From an uncultured beta proteobacterium (GTDB taxonomy: Bacteria > Pseudomonadota > Gammaproteobacteria > Burkholderiales > JACQAP01), in contig CAWBMN010000018.1 of NCBI GenBank assembly GCA_963789945.1, forward strand, positions 213,542-277,541: 64,000 nt of DNA, in the 5' to 3' direction. The notes beneath the pieces were generated by a model. It searched no databases. It saw nothing but the letters and a program-made list of their open reading frames with translations, and was not told the DNA's origin. Numbering within the stretch: the first letter of the stretch is position 1; each line of letters starts with the position of its first letter. Positions 23,947-33,967 of the stretch are shown here, piece after piece. The position numbers and the translations under genes were made by a program.

Positions 23947-23967
23947 CACCCATTGCCACGGGAAGAA

Positions 23968-23992
23968 GGGCGGGGCCTCCCGCCCTTTTTTG
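23968..23992 (+). terminator. rho-independent terminator after glnA
   Basis: GGGCGGG-gcct-CCCGCCC stem followed by TTTTTTGTTT. Confidence 0.7.
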
Positions 23993-24122
23993 TTTGTGCC
24001 AGATCAACTCTCTGATGAGATTCGCGGATTGATAATCGAAAACGCCTGTCTTAGACTCCGGCGGGAGGCGCATCACGTGACAGGCGCCCCTCATTTCTTC
24101 GGTGATCTCACGGGTGAAATTC

Positions 24123-24602
24123 ATGCGGCTATGTCATTGGGCGCTATTGCTGGCAATCGCGTCGATCGCGGGACCTGCTCGGGCAGAGACCTGCAAGTAT
24201 GTGGACGAGGAGGGTCGCGTGATCTACTCGAACACGCCGAACAATCCTCCCAAGGGCGCAAAATTGGTGAGATGCTTCAGCGACCCCGTCGCCAAGCCGG
24301 CGCCGGCACCGCAGGAATCCAAGCCGCAGGCCGGCGCCCGGGAGGGCTTTCCCAAGGTGGATGGCGAGACGCAGAAGAAGCGCGACGACGAGCGGCGGCG
24401 CATTCTCGAAACGGAACTCGCCAACGAACAACAGCAGCTCGAGGAAGCCAGGCAGAAACTTACCGAACAGGAAGCAGTACGGACAGGCGACGAGCGCAAC
24501 TATCAGCGCTTTCTCGATCGCGTGCAGCCGTTTCGCGACACCGTAGCGAACCACGAACGCAACATCGAAGCCATCAGGCGCGAGATCTCCAACCTGAAAT
24601 AA
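24123..24602 (+). CDS. DUF4124-like secreted protein
   Basis: Signal peptide, then CKYVDEEGRVIYSNTP (the DUF4124 pattern as I recall it), and a coiled-coil C-terminus. Confidence 0.6.
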   Translation: MRLCHWALLLAIASIAGPARAETCKYVDEEGRVIYSNTPNNPPKGAKLVRCFSDPVAKPAPAPQESKPQAGAREGFPKVDGETQKKRDDERRRILETELANEQQQLEEARQKLTEQEAVRTGDERNYQRFLDRVQPFRDTVANHERNIEAIRREISNLK

Positions 24603-24734
24603 GCGGCCGCCGCCGCTGTAGCGTGCCGTCGCGCGGCATCCGCTTTCGCGTATCGCTTTTCGCGACCCGCCTTTCGACGCAATCCCCGTGGCGCGCTTCT
24701 TGCTCGATCGCAGCTGTCCGCGTGTAGCACTGCG

Positions 24735-25778
24735 ATGAAGGAACTGAGCCTTCAAGGAGTCGACGCGCTGGCGACCGCGGTCATCCTGTTGGACGAGGCA
24801 CAGGTCGTACGTTACATCAACCCGGCGGCAGAGAACCTGCTTGCGATCAGCGCCAAGAACATCGTCGGCATGCCGCTCGAGAGGGTGTTCGCCGAACCCG
24901 GCCTTCTGGTTGCCGCGGTGAACTACGCCGCCGAGAACAATTGCAGCCACACGCAGCATGAGTTGCCGCTGTCCACAACCGGCCGTGCCAGGCTCGAAGT
25001 CTCGTGCACCGTGACGCCGGTGGAGATGGCCGGGGTCGAGGGCTTTCTGATCGAGTTGAGCCCGCTGCACCAGCAACTTCGCATCGCGCGCGAGGAGCGC
25101 CTGATGGACCAGAGTACGCAGACCCGCGAGCTTATCCGCAACCTTGCGCACGAGATCAAGAATCCGCTGGGGGCGCTGCGCGGCGCGGCACAGCTCCTCG
25201 ACCGGGAACTGGAACGCCCGGCCCTTCATGAGTACACGCAGGTGATCATGAAGGAGGCGGACCGGCTGCAGTCGCTTATGGACAGGCTGCTTACGCCGCA
25301 CCGGTTGCCCCAGGTCACGCAGTTCAACGTGCACGAGGCGCTGGAGCGCGTGCGCAGTCTGCTTCTCGCGGAGTTTCCGGACGGAATCGAGGTCCGGCGA
25401 GATTACGATGTCAGCCTGCCGCCGTTGACCGCGGATCGCGAGCAGATCATCCAGTCGCTGCTCAACGTGGCGCGCAATGCCGCACAGGCCATTCAGGGCA
25501 AGGGCACGATCATCCTGCGCACGCGCGTGGCACGCCGGGCGACGCTGGCGAAGAAGATGTATCGACTGGCGTTGCTGGTGCAGATCGTCGACGACGGCCC
25601 GGGCGTGCCATTGGAACTGAAGGACAGGATCTTTTTCCCACTGGTAAGCGGGCGTGAGGGCGGCCATGGGGTTGGACTTACGATTGCACAGACCTTCGTG
25701 ACCCAGCACCACGGCACCATCGAACTGGAAAGCGAGCCGGGCAGGACCTGCTTCAGCATCCTGCTTCCGATTGAATAG
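24735..25778 (+). CDS. ntrB: nitrogen regulation sensor histidine kinase NtrB
   Basis: PAS N-terminus, H-box LAHEIKNPLGALRGAAQLL, and the ATPase motifs DDGPGVP and GHGVGL. Confidence 0.9.
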   Translation: MKELSLQGVDALATAVILLDEAQVVRYINPAAENLLAISAKNIVGMPLERVFAEPGLLVAAVNYAAENNCSHTQHELPLSTTGRARLEVSCTVTPVEMAGVEGFLIELSPLHQQLRIAREERLMDQSTQTRELIRNLAHEIKNPLGALRGAAQLLDRELERPALHEYTQVIMKEADRLQSLMDRLLTPHRLPQVTQFNVHEALERVRSLLLAEFPDGIEVRRDYDVSLPPLTADREQIIQSLLNVARNAAQAIQGKGTIILRTRVARRATLAKKMYRLALLVQIVDDGPGVPLELKDRIFFPLVSGREGGHGVGLTIAQTFVTQHHGTIELESEPGRTCFSILLPIE

Positions 25779-26288
25779 GCAAGAGCAAGGATGAAGGCGG
25801 AAGGATGAAGGATGAAGTAAAGCAGAACGTCAAGCGCGATCTGGTTGGACGCACCAGACGATTCGTGCTTGAAGTGATCATGTTTTACTCGACTCTCCCA
25901 AGCACCACGGTGTGCCAGGTGTTGGGGAGGCAGTTGTTGAGATCAGCGACTTCGGTTGGTGCCCAATACCGTGAGGCCCAACGAGCCAAATCCGGCGCCG
26001 ATTTCGTTAACAAGATTGAAGGCGCACTTCAAGAACTCGATGAAACGGGATATTGGCTGGAGTTACTCGAAGAGTCGGGAAATGCGGATGTAATTGCAGT
26101 TAAACGACTGCAGCTAGAGGACCAGGAATTGCTAAGAATCTTTGTCACAATCGCAAAGTCTTCAAAGAAACAATCGAGAAAGAGGTACCACGTGAAATAT
26201 CACAAGCCTTCATCCTTGCCCCTCATCCTTCATCCTTCCGCCTTCATCCTTGCCCTTCATCCTCCATCCTTCCGCCTTCATCCTTGCC
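25779..26288. mobile_element. hairpin cassette D (AAGGATG-type arms) carrying a four-helix-bundle ORF, inserted between ntrB and ntrC
   Basis: The left arm, gcaagagcaaggatgaaggcggaaggatgaaggatgaag (25779-25817), starts at the first nt after the ntrB stop. The right arm (26207-26288) is a duplicated ccttcatccttgcc...ccttccgccttcatccttgcc block ending 1 nt before the ntrC ATG. Confidence 0.85.
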
Positions 26289-26293
26289 TATGA
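25805..26293 (+). CDS. four-helix-bundle protein (23S-IVS/Avd-like) with an arm-encoded C-terminal tail
   Basis: QLLRSATSVGAQYREAQRAKSGADFVNKIEGALQELDETGYWLELL; I judge it roughly 60 percent identical to the 21274 copy by eye. There is no stop at the position homologous to the 21675 stop. It reads through the right arm ([28 protein letters not shown]), and its TGA overlaps the ntrC ATG (ATGA at 26290-26293). Confidence 0.8.
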   Translation: MKDEVKQNVKRDLVGRTRRFVLEVIMFYSTLPSTTVCQVLGRQLLRSATSVGAQYREAQRAKSGADFVNKIEGALQELDETGYWLELLEESGNADVIAVKRLQLEDQELLRIFVTIAKSSKKQSRKRYHVKYHKPSSLPLILHPSAFILALHPPSFRLHPCL

Positions 26294-27690
26294 AACCTGT
26301 CTGGATCATCGACGACGATCGCTCGATTCGCTGGGTGTTCGAGAAGGCGCTCACGCGGGAGAACATTGCTTTCAAGGTCTTCGCGTCCGCGCAGGAGGCA
26401 CTGGAGGCGCTGTCGGCGTCGACGCCGCAGGTGGTGGTGAGCGACATTCGAATGCCGGGCGGTTCCGGCCTCGAATTGCTGCAGAAGCTGAAGGAGAAGT
26501 TGCCCAACCTGCCTGTCATCATCATGACCGCGTACTCGGACCTCGAGAGTGCGGTGGCGGCATTCCAGGGCGGCGCATTCGAATACCTGCCCAAGCCTTT
26601 CGACGTGGACCAGGCCGTGGACTTGATTCGCCGGGCGATGGAAGAAAGCCTGCGTCAGGGCGATGTCGCCGAGGCGGCGGAGGAAGCACCCGAAATCCTT
26701 GGCCAGGCGCAGTCCATGCAGGAGGTGTTCCGTGCGATCGGACGGCTCACGCAATCGCACGCGACCGTTCTGATCAACGGCGAGTCCGGCACCGGCAAGG
26801 AACTGGTGGCGCGCGCGCTGCACCGTCACAGTCCGCGCGGGCCCAAACCGTTCATCGCCATCAATACGGCGGCAATTCCCAAGGATCTGCTCGAGTCGGA
26901 GTTGTTCGGACACGAACGCGGCGCTTTTACCGGCGCGCAGGCGATGCGGCGAGGCCGGTTCGAACAGGCCGAAGGCGGCACGCTGTTTCTGGACGAGATC
27001 GGCGACATGCCGCCCGACCTTCAGACGCGCCTGTTGAGGGTGCTGTCGGACGGCCAGTTCTACCGTGTCGGGGGGCATCAGCCGATCAAGGCCAATGTGC
27101 GCATCATCGCGGCTACGCACCAGGACCTGGAAAGCCGGGTCAAGCAGGGCATGTTCCGGGAGGATCTTTTCCACCGGTTGAATGTGATCCGCTTGCGCCT
27201 TCCGGCACTGCGCGAACGCCGCGAGGACATTCCGCTGCTTGCCAGATACTTTATGCAGAAAAGCGCGCGCGAACTGGGCGTGGAAACGAAGAAGTTGTCC
27301 GACGGAGCGATGAAATACCTCTCTGCGCTGGACTTCCCGGGCAATGTGCGCCAGCTGGAGAACCTTTGTCACTGGCTGACGGTGATGGCGCCGGGAATGA
27401 ACGTTGATGTGAAGGACCTGCCTCCGGAGTTGCGTGAAGAAGCCCATGTCAGCTCGGCGGAGAACTGGGTTACGGCATTGGAGAGGGAGGCGGAATCGCT
27501 GCTGAAACGCGGCGACAGCGCGATCCTGGACGAACTTTCCCGCCAGTTCGAGCGCGCGTTGATAACCAAGGCGCTTGCGCACACCGGCGGCCGCAGGATC
27601 GAAGCCTCGTTGCTGTTGGGCATGGGCCGCAACACGCTGACACGCAAGATCCAGGAACTCGGTCTGGAAAAGGACGATCGGCCGGATTGA
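26290..27690 (+). CDS. ntrC: sigma-54-dependent response regulator NtrC
   Basis: [10 protein letters not shown] receiver domain, the AAA+ motifs GESGTGKE and GAFTGA, and a C-terminal Fis-type HTH. Confidence 0.95.
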   Translation: MKPVWIIDDDRSIRWVFEKALTRENIAFKVFASAQEALEALSASTPQVVVSDIRMPGGSGLELLQKLKEKLPNLPVIIMTAYSDLESAVAAFQGGAFEYLPKPFDVDQAVDLIRRAMEESLRQGDVAEAAEEAPEILGQAQSMQEVFRAIGRLTQSHATVLINGESGTGKELVARALHRHSPRGPKPFIAINTAAIPKDLLESELFGHERGAFTGAQAMRRGRFEQAEGGTLFLDEIGDMPPDLQTRLLRVLSDGQFYRVGGHQPIKANVRIIAATHQDLESRVKQGMFREDLFHRLNVIRLRLPALRERREDIPLLARYFMQKSARELGVETKKLSDGAMKYLSALDFPGNVRQLENLCHWLTVMAPGMNVDVKDLPPELREEAHVSSAENWVTALEREAESLLKRGDSAILDELSRQFERALITKALAHTGGRRIEASLLLGMGRNTLTRKIQELGLEKDDRPD

Positions 27691-27716
27691 AGCCGGGAAT
27701 TTCGCTACGAAATGCA

Positions 27717-27973
27717 ACTCCTCACCACGAAGGCACGAAGCTATCGCACACGAAAGTAAAGTCTTACACAAAGCCACGAAGAAGAGCGACAAGAAAGCGA
27801 CTCGTGTAAGAAGCTCACACTTGGCGAATGTCGGCCATCAAAGTCGAACGTGGGCGGATCAAAGGATCACGCAACTCACCAAGCTTCGATCCCCAATTGG
27901 TTTGAGAATTCGTTCTTCTTCGTGTTTCTTCGTGTCCTTCGTGCCTTCGTGGTGAGCCTTTCGTGAGATAGCG
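27717..27973. repeat. hairpin cassette E (CACGAAG-type arms)
   Basis: Left arm ctcaccacgaaggcacgaag (27721-40) plus degenerate units extending to about 27790. Right arm ttcttcttcgtgtttcttcgtgtccttcgtgccttcgtggtgag (27913-56). It lies between the convergent ntrC and xth ends. Confidence 0.85.
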
Positions 27974-27979
27974 TCGTAT

Positions 27980-28748
27980 TCAGGAAGCAATCTCGGCGAC
28001 CACCGGTGCGTGATCGGAGGGCCGTTCCAGCTTGCGCATGTCCACGTGAATGCTGCTCGAACGGCAGCGCGATGCGGGTTCGGCCGACAGAAGAATGTGA
28101 TCGATGCGCAACCCCAGATTGCGCTTGAAGGCATTCATTCGGTAGTCCCACCAGGAGTATGCCTTCTCGGCCTGGTCGAACAACCTGAAGCTGTCCTTCA
28201 GACCGTGCCCGAGCAGTCGCTGAAACGCGGCACGCTCGGGCGCACTGACCAGTACCTGTCCTTCCCAGACTTTCGGATCGTGGACGTCGCGGTCTTCCGG
28301 CGCGATGTTGAAGTCGCCGAGCACCGCCAGCCTGGGATGCCTCTGCAGTTCCGTGTTTAGCCAGCGGTCGAATGCCGCCAGCCAGTCGAGTTTGTAGCGA
28401 TACTTGTCGGATTCCAGGCTCTGGCCGTTGGGCACGTACGCACATACCAGCCGCATTTCTCCCACGGTGGCAGACAGTACTCGCTTCTGCTGGTCTGGAT
28501 AGCCCCGGGATGCCGGCCTCGACCGCCTGCGGGGCATCACGAGTCAGGATCGCCACGCCGTTGTAGGTCTTTTGCCCGGAGAATACGGCGCGGTAGCCGG
28601 CCTGCGCGATTGCGTCCACCGGGAAGTTCGCATCCTCGACCTTGGTTTCCTGCAGACAAACCGCGTCGGGACGCTCGCGCGCGAGCCACTCGAGGAGATG
28701 CGGAAGGCGGACCTTCAGCGAGTTGACATTCCAGGCGGCAAGCTTCAA
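27980..28748 (-). pseudogene. xth: exodeoxyribonuclease III with a broken reading frame
   Basis: The N-terminal 82 aa (MKLAAWNVNSLKVRLPHLLEWL..CLQETKV) are in the frame of ORF 27876..28748. The rest ([26 protein letters not shown]...[11 protein letters not shown]) is in the frame of ORF 27980..28540. The two join at the C4G3 run 28503-28509, and removing 1 nt restores [11 protein letters not shown]. Confidence 0.8.
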
Positions 28749-28754
28749 GCGTCG

Positions 28755-29330
28755 TCAGTTCTGTTCGGGTACAGGTTCGGCTTCGGTGCCTTCGGGCTCG
28801 CTTTCGCTTTCGGGGGCAGCCGCCTCCGGGGCGGTCGGCTCCGGTTTGGCCTGGACCGGCGTGACCGGCACCAACGCGGTCTTGGGATAGCCTGCATTGT
28901 CGAGCGCGGCATTCCACGCCTCTTCCTCGAAACCGCGCAAGACACGGCGCCCCACCTGCAGCACCGGCGCCACTTCATCTCCACCGGTCACTTTCTTCAG
29001 CTCTTCGCGCATCCCCGGCGCCGTCGGATCCTTGGACGTGTGCGGCACGCCACGCTTGACCAGAAGGTCGAGTGCTTTACTGCAACCTTCCCCACAGTCG
29101 TACACAAATAGCGTCACCGGAAAATTTTTCATCGCCTGCTGGAGGACGTAAGGAATCGGGACGTCTCCGGGCTTGTCTCCGAGTCGCTTGACCTCGCTTT
29201 TCGTGACACCCGGCGGCGGCGGATGATCGCTGTAATGGACCCTGCCGTCGGGGTCCACCCATTTGTAAGTGTCGGCGTGCGCCGCTGCCGCGCTCGAAAT
29301 CAGCATGATCAGAAGAATCCAGCGTTTCAT
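28755..29330 (-). CDS. DUF4124 / glutaredoxin-like domain secreted protein
   Basis: Signal peptide, then TYKWVDPDGRVHYSD, and a thioredoxin-fold-like middle region (VTLFVYDCGEGC). The C-terminus is Pro/Glu-rich. Confidence 0.6.
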   Translation of the reverse strand: MKRWILLIMLISSAAAAHADTYKWVDPDGRVHYSDHPPPPGVTKSEVKRLGDKPGDVPIPYVLQQAMKNFPVTLFVYDCGEGCSKALDLLVKRGVPHTSKDPTAPGMREELKKVTGGDEVAPVLQVGRRVLRGFEEEAWNAALDNAGYPKTALVPVTPVQAKPEPTAPEAAAPESESEPEGTEAEPVPEQN

Positions 29331-29358
29331 CGGGGCCTACTCCTTTTCCGTCCCGGCA

Positions 29359-31389
29359 TCATGCCACGGCCATGCCATTGTGCCGCAGCAACGCATCAAT
29401 TTTCGGCTCGCGGCCGCGAAACGCCACGAAGGATTCCAGCGCCGGACGGCTGCCGCCCGCGGCGAGGATTTCCTCGCGGAAGCGCTCGCCGACCACGGGG
29501 TTCAAGACCCCGATTTCCTCGAACAGACTGTAGGCGTCCGCAGAAAGCACCTCCGCCCATTTGTAGCTGTAATAACCGGCCGCATATCCGCCGCCGAAAA
29601 TATGCGAAAAGCCCTGTGGAAAGCGATGGTACGCGGGCGGAATGATGACGGCAACGCGGCTGCGCACCTCATCGAGCAGATCGAGCGGTGTTTTCGGTCC
29701 TGCCGGGTCGAAGTCATGGTGCAGGTGCATGTCGAACAGCGCGAATTCGAGCTGGCGCACGGTCTGCATGCCACTCTGAAAATTCTTCGCCGCCACCATC
29801 TTGTCGAAAAGCGCGCGCGGCAGACTCTTTCCGCTGTCGACGTGCCGGGTCATGTCCCTGAGCACATCCCATTCCCAGCAGAAGTTCTCCATGAACTGGC
29901 TGGGCAGTTCGACGGCGTCCCACTCGACACCGTTGATTCCCGACACGCCGAGCACGTCCACACGAGTCAACAAATGGTGCAGGCCGTGGCCGAATTCGTG
30001 GAACAGCGTGATCACTTCATCGTGGGTGAACAATGCCGGCCGGCCGCCGACCGGCGCGGAGAAATTGCAGTTCAGATAGGCTACCGGGGTCTGGATGCCG
30101 GTGGCCTTGCGCCGCCGCGTGATCGCATCGTCCATCCACGCTCCGCCGCGCTTGGACGGCCGCGCGTACAGATCGAGATAGAACTGTCCGACCAGCGCGC
30201 CGTCGGCATTGCGAATGGAGAAGAAGCGCACATCCTCATGCCAGCGTGGTGCTTCATCGGCAGCGAAACACAGTCCGTAAAGCGTCTCGACCACACGGAA
30301 CATGCCGGCGAGAACCTGCTGCTCCGGGAAATACTGCTTGACCTCCTGATCCGAGAACGCATAGCGCGCCACCCGCAACTTCTCCGACGCATAAGCCACG
30401 TCCCAGGATTGAAGTTCGGCGAGCTTCAGTTGCCTGGCCGCAAACTCCCTCAGCTCGTCCAGGTCGCGCTCGGCGTAGGGTTTGGCGCGCACGGCCAGTT
30501 CCTCGAGAAATCCGAGCACCTGCTCCGGCGTATCGGCCATTTTCGGCTCCAGCGACAGTTCGGCAAAAGTCTTGAAGCCGAGCAATTGCGCCTGCTCGCG
30601 CCGCAACTTCAGAATCTCGGTGATGAGCGCGGTGTTGTCCCAGGCCGGATTGCCGAATTCGGAGGCGCGGGTGACGTAGGCGTGATGCAGCCGTTGGCGC
30701 AATTCGCGGTTGTCCGCATACTGCATGACCGGGAGGTAAGAGGGCATCTGCAGCGTGAATTTCCAGCCTGCCTTGCCGCTCTCCGCGGCGGCCTTGTGTG
30801 CCGCTTCCAGCACATCCTCGGGGATGCCGGACAGCTGCGCGCGGTCCTGGATGATCAGCTCAAAGGCATTGGTGGCATCGAGCAGGTTGTCGTTGAATGT
30901 GGATGACAACTGGGCGAGCCGCTCGCTCAATTGCCTGAATCGCGCCTTGTGCCCGGCGGAAAGTTCCGCGCCGCCCAGGCGAAAATCGCGCAGCTCATTG
31001 TCGATGACTTTCCTCTGCGCCTGCGTGAACGCGGAGAAGCGGCCCGATGCCCGCAATGCCTTGTACTTCCGGAATAGCGCCTCGTTCTGCGACAAATCGG
31101 TGAAGTACTGGCTGATACGTCCCAGGTTGGCATTGTAGGTCTCGCGCAATGCCGGGCTGTTCATCACCGCGTTCATGTGAGCAACCTGCCCCCAGGCACG
31201 CCGCAGGCGTTCGTTGGCGTCGTCCAGAGGGGCGACGAAATTCTCCCAGGACGGTTCCAGGCCATCGGTCTCCTGCCGGGCGATCAGCTCACGGTTCTCC
31301 GCCAGCAATTGGTCCAGCGCGGGGGTGACTTGGTCCGGCTTGAACTCGGCAAAACGCGGCAGACCGGAAAAATCGAGCAGAGGATTCAT
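29359..31389 (-). CDS. prlC: oligopeptidase A (M3 family)
   Basis: 676 aa with the zinc motif LFHEFGHGLHHLL. Confidence 0.9.
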   Translation of the reverse strand: MNPLLDFSGLPRFAEFKPDQVTPALDQLLAENRELIARQETDGLEPSWENFVAPLDDANERLRRAWGQVAHMNAVMNSPALRETYNANLGRISQYFTDLSQNEALFRKYKALRASGRFSAFTQAQRKVIDNELRDFRLGGAELSAGHKARFRQLSERLAQLSSTFNDNLLDATNAFELIIQDRAQLSGIPEDVLEAAHKAAAESGKAGWKFTLQMPSYLPVMQYADNRELRQRLHHAYVTRASEFGNPAWDNTALITEILKLRREQAQLLGFKTFAELSLEPKMADTPEQVLGFLEELAVRAKPYAERDLDELREFAARQLKLAELQSWDVAYASEKLRVARYAFSDQEVKQYFPEQQVLAGMFRVVETLYGLCFAADEAPRWHEDVRFFSIRNADGALVGQFYLDLYARPSKRGGAWMDDAITRRRKATGIQTPVAYLNCNFSAPVGGRPALFTHDEVITLFHEFGHGLHHLLTRVDVLGVSGINGVEWDAVELPSQFMENFCWEWDVLRDMTRHVDSGKSLPRALFDKMVAAKNFQSGMQTVRQLEFALFDMHLHHDFDPAGPKTPLDLLDEVRSRVAVIIPPAYHRFPQGFSHIFGGGYAAGYYSYKWAEVLSADAYSLFEEIGVLNPVVGERFREEILAAGGSRPALESFVAFRGREPKIDALLRHNGMAVA

Positions 31390-31473
31390 GAGAGCGGCGA
31401 CTCGTGACTGGAAACTGGTGAACGGCGGACTCGTGCCGATTATTCTGTTAGCTGGCGATGCGATGCCCCGATT

Positions 31474-32748
31474 TCAAGCTTCGAAGACGATATGGCCGCT
31501 GACCAGCGTATAGCGCACCCGGCCCTTGACTTCATGGCCGGCAAACGGCGTGTTCTTGCCCTGACTCCTGAGCCTGGCCGGCTCGACCTTCCAGCGCAAT
31601 TGCGGGTCGAAGACGCACAGGTCGGCGTTGGCCCCGGCCACGATCGCCACGGGGCCGATGCCGAGGATTCGCGCCGGCTCGGTGGTCACCTTCGCCATCG
31701 CCTTGGGAAGCGCAATGCGCGACTCCTCCGACCATTTCAGGGTCAGCGCCAGCAGCAGTTCCAGTCCTGTGGCCCCGGCCTCGGATTCGCCGAAGGGCAA
31801 TTGCTTGGCGTCTTCATCCACCGGGGTGTGGTCGGAACAGATTGCATCGATGGTGCCGTCCTCCACCCCGCGGCGCAAGGCATCGCGGTCGCGCAAACTT
31901 CGCAGCGGCGGCACCAGATGGTAATTGGAATCGAAGTAACCGATATCCATCTCGCTGAGGTGCACGTGATTCGCCGATACGTCGCAAGTCACGTTCATGC
32001 TTAGCGCCTTGGCCTGCCGCATCATTTCCACGCCCTGCGCACTCGACAGCCGGCACAGATGCACCCGTGCTCCGGTTTCTCGGGCAAGCAGCAGCATGGT
32101 GGAAAGCGCCACGGTTTCCGCCGCAACCGGGATCGGCGCCAGCCCAAGGCGCGTTGCAACTTGTCCGTCATGGGCGACGCCGCCGCGCGCAAGGCTGCCG
32201 TCGCTCGGACGCAACCACACCGGGTAGCCAAAGGTGGTCGCATACTGCATCGCCCGCAGCATGACCAGGTTGTCGTCAAGCGGCACCTCGGCCTGGGAAA
32301 AAGCCACACATCCGGCGTCGACCAGTTCGGCCATTTCGGTAATGCGCTCACCCTTCAGCCCCAGGGTCAGCGCGCCCAGCGGATAGACGTGCGCCTGGTT
32401 GAGGCTGCGCGCCCGATGTTTGAGCATCTCCACCAGACCCGGCTCGTCCAGGGGCGGGTCGGTATCCGGCGGACACGCCAGAGAAGTCACGCCGCCCGCG
32501 ACAGCGGCCGCCATCTCGCTTTCCAGCGTGGCCTTATGCTCGAAGCCCGGCTCGCGCAGCCGCGCAGATAAATCGACCAATCCCGGACACACTACCAGTC
32601 CCTCAGCGTCGATCACCCGGTTGGCGTGAAAACCGTCGGGAGCCGCACCGACAGCCGCAATTTTTCCGGCGGCCAGATAGAGATCCTGAACCTTCTCGGT
32701 CCCGCTCTGCGGATCGACCACGCGGCCGTTCTTGATGTGTATTCTCAT
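31474..32748 (-). CDS. dihydroorotase-like protein, probably the non-catalytic PyrC' type
   Basis: Amidohydrolase fold. The usual DxHVHLR metal site reads VDLSARLRE (no His-x-His), as I recall for ATCase-associated PyrC'. It lies directly downstream of pyrB. Confidence 0.8.
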   Translation of the reverse strand: MRIHIKNGRVVDPQSGTEKVQDLYLAAGKIAAVGAAPDGFHANRVIDAEGLVVCPGLVDLSARLREPGFEHKATLESEMAAAVAGGVTSLACPPDTDPPLDEPGLVEMLKHRARSLNQAHVYPLGALTLGLKGERITEMAELVDAGCVAFSQAEVPLDDNLVMLRAMQYATTFGYPVWLRPSDGSLARGGVAHDGQVATRLGLAPIPVAAETVALSTMLLLARETGARVHLCRLSSAQGVEMMRQAKALSMNVTCDVSANHVHLSEMDIGYFDSNYHLVPPLRSLRDRDALRRGVEDGTIDAICSDHTPVDEDAKQLPFGESEAGATGLELLLALTLKWSEESRIALPKAMAKVTTEPARILGIGPVAIVAGANADLCVFDPQLRWKVEPARLRSQGKNTPFAGHEVKGRVRYTLVSGHIVFEA

Positions 32749-32774
32749 TTAACAAATGAAATCAAGACCGAAAA

Positions 32775-32973
32775 TCTCACCACGAAGACACGAAGGCACG
32801 AAGAAAAACATTCAAAGTGAATGACTGAACATCGATTCTCGCCAGCACACACTGTCCAAATATATCGGCCGCTTGAGATCAACATCTCCGCATTTGAAGT
32901 TCACTGCACGCCAAAAAGTCAGGTTGGCTAATTTTTTTCGCTCTTCTTCGTGCCTTCGTGTCTTCGTGGTAAG
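32775..32973. repeat. hairpin cassette F (CACGAAG-type arms)
   Basis: Left arm tctcaccacgaagacacgaaggcacgaagaaaaa (32775-32808). Right arm ttcttcgtgccttcgtgtcttcgtggtaag (32944-32973). It sits in the pyrB / pyrC' junction. Confidence 0.9.
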
Positions 32974-33010
32974 CATTCTTGGTTTAAGAACCATTCTGCG
33001 ATAAGCGCTA

Positions 33011-33967
33011 TTAGCCATTGCCGGCCAGGATCGACATCACCGCCATGCGCACGGCGATGCCGAAGGTCACCTGCGGCAGGATCACCGACTGGTTGCCATC
33101 GGCTACACTGGAATCGATTTCGACGCCGCGGTTCATTGGGCCGGGATGCATCACGATTGCGTCCGGCTTTGCGCCGGCGAGTTTCTCCGGGGTGAGACCG
33201 TAGTACTTGAAAAATTCCTGGGCCGACGGCAGTAATGCCCCGTTCATGCGCTCGTTCTGAAGCCGCAGCATGATCACGACGTCCACGTCCTTCAATCCCC
33301 TGGCCATGTCGTGAAAGACGTGCACGCCAAGATCCGAAACATGGGTTGGAAGCAGAGTACGCGGGCCGATCACACGTACCTCAGGCACTCCCAAACTAGT
33401 GAGCGCGTGGATCTGCGAGCGTGCCACGCGCGAGTGCAGAACGTCACCGACGATCGCGACCCGCAGATTGGTGAAATCCCGCTTGTAGTGGCGGATTGTG
33501 AACATGTCGAGCAAACCCTGCGTGGGGTGCGCATGGCGGCCGTCTCCGGCGTTGATCACGTGAATATAGGGTGCGACATGGCGGGCAATCAGGTGCGCGG
33601 CACCGCTTTCGGCATGGCGGACGATGAACATGTCCGCGTGCATGGCCGAGAGGTTGGCGACGGTATCGAGCAGGGTCTCGCCCTTGGATTGTGAAGAGGT
33701 GCCGACGTTGAGATTGATGACGTCGGCGGAAAGCCGTTTCGCCGCGATCTCGAAGGTCGTGCGCGTGCGCGTCGAGGGTTCGAAGAACAGGTTGAATACC
33801 GCCTTGCCGCGCAACAGCGGCACTTTCTTGATCTCGCGCTCGGTCACCGAAAGGAAGGAGTGCGCGGTATCGAGGATGCGCACGATGATGTCGCGCGGAA
33901 GACCCTCGATAGTGAGCAGGTGGTGCAACTCTCCGTTGACGTTGAGTTGCGGGTTATAGGCCATCAC
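33011..33967 (-). CDS. pyrB: aspartate carbamoyltransferase catalytic subunit
   Basis: [17 protein letters not shown], and [12 protein letters not shown]. Confidence 0.95.
   Translation of the reverse strand: MMAYNPQLNVNGELHHLLTIEGLPRDIIVRILDTAHSFLSVTEREIKKVPLLRGKAVFNLFFEPSTRTRTTFEIAAKRLSADVINLNVGTSSQSKGETLLDTVANLSAMHADMFIVRHAESGAAHLIARHVAPYIHVINAGDGRHAHPTQGLLDMFTIRHYKRDFTNLRVAIVGDVLHSRVARSQIHALTSLGVPEVRVIGPRTLLPTHVSDLGVHVFHDMARGLKDVDVVIMLRLQNERMNGALLPSAQEFFKYYGLTPEKLAGAKPDAIVMHPGPMNRGVEIDSSVADGNQSVILPQVTFGIAVRMAVMSILAGNG

Noticed and set aside
22489-23949. Very long antisense ORFs mirroring real genes, for example 22489..23949 opposite glnA, 24144..25712 opposite ntrB, 26278..27792 opposite ntrC, 29269..30906 opposite prlC, 5640..6914, 6957..8129, 7949..9106, 9060..10190, 37557..38786, 39433..40674 and 45353..46309.
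   Set aside because: This is a typical high-GC artefact. The translations are Arg/Ala/Gly/Pro-rich nonsense, whereas the opposite strand gives unmistakable conserved proteins.
32812-33018. ORFs containing TKTRRHEE, HEGTKTRRK or FFVSSCLRGE peptides (for example 32812..33018, 48442..48873, 50413..50787, 51470..51736, 52756..53007, 60113..60346).
   Set aside because: They are read-through translations of the CACGAAG arms, which lack stop codons in almost every frame. The same peptides appear wherever an arm occurs, regardless of context.
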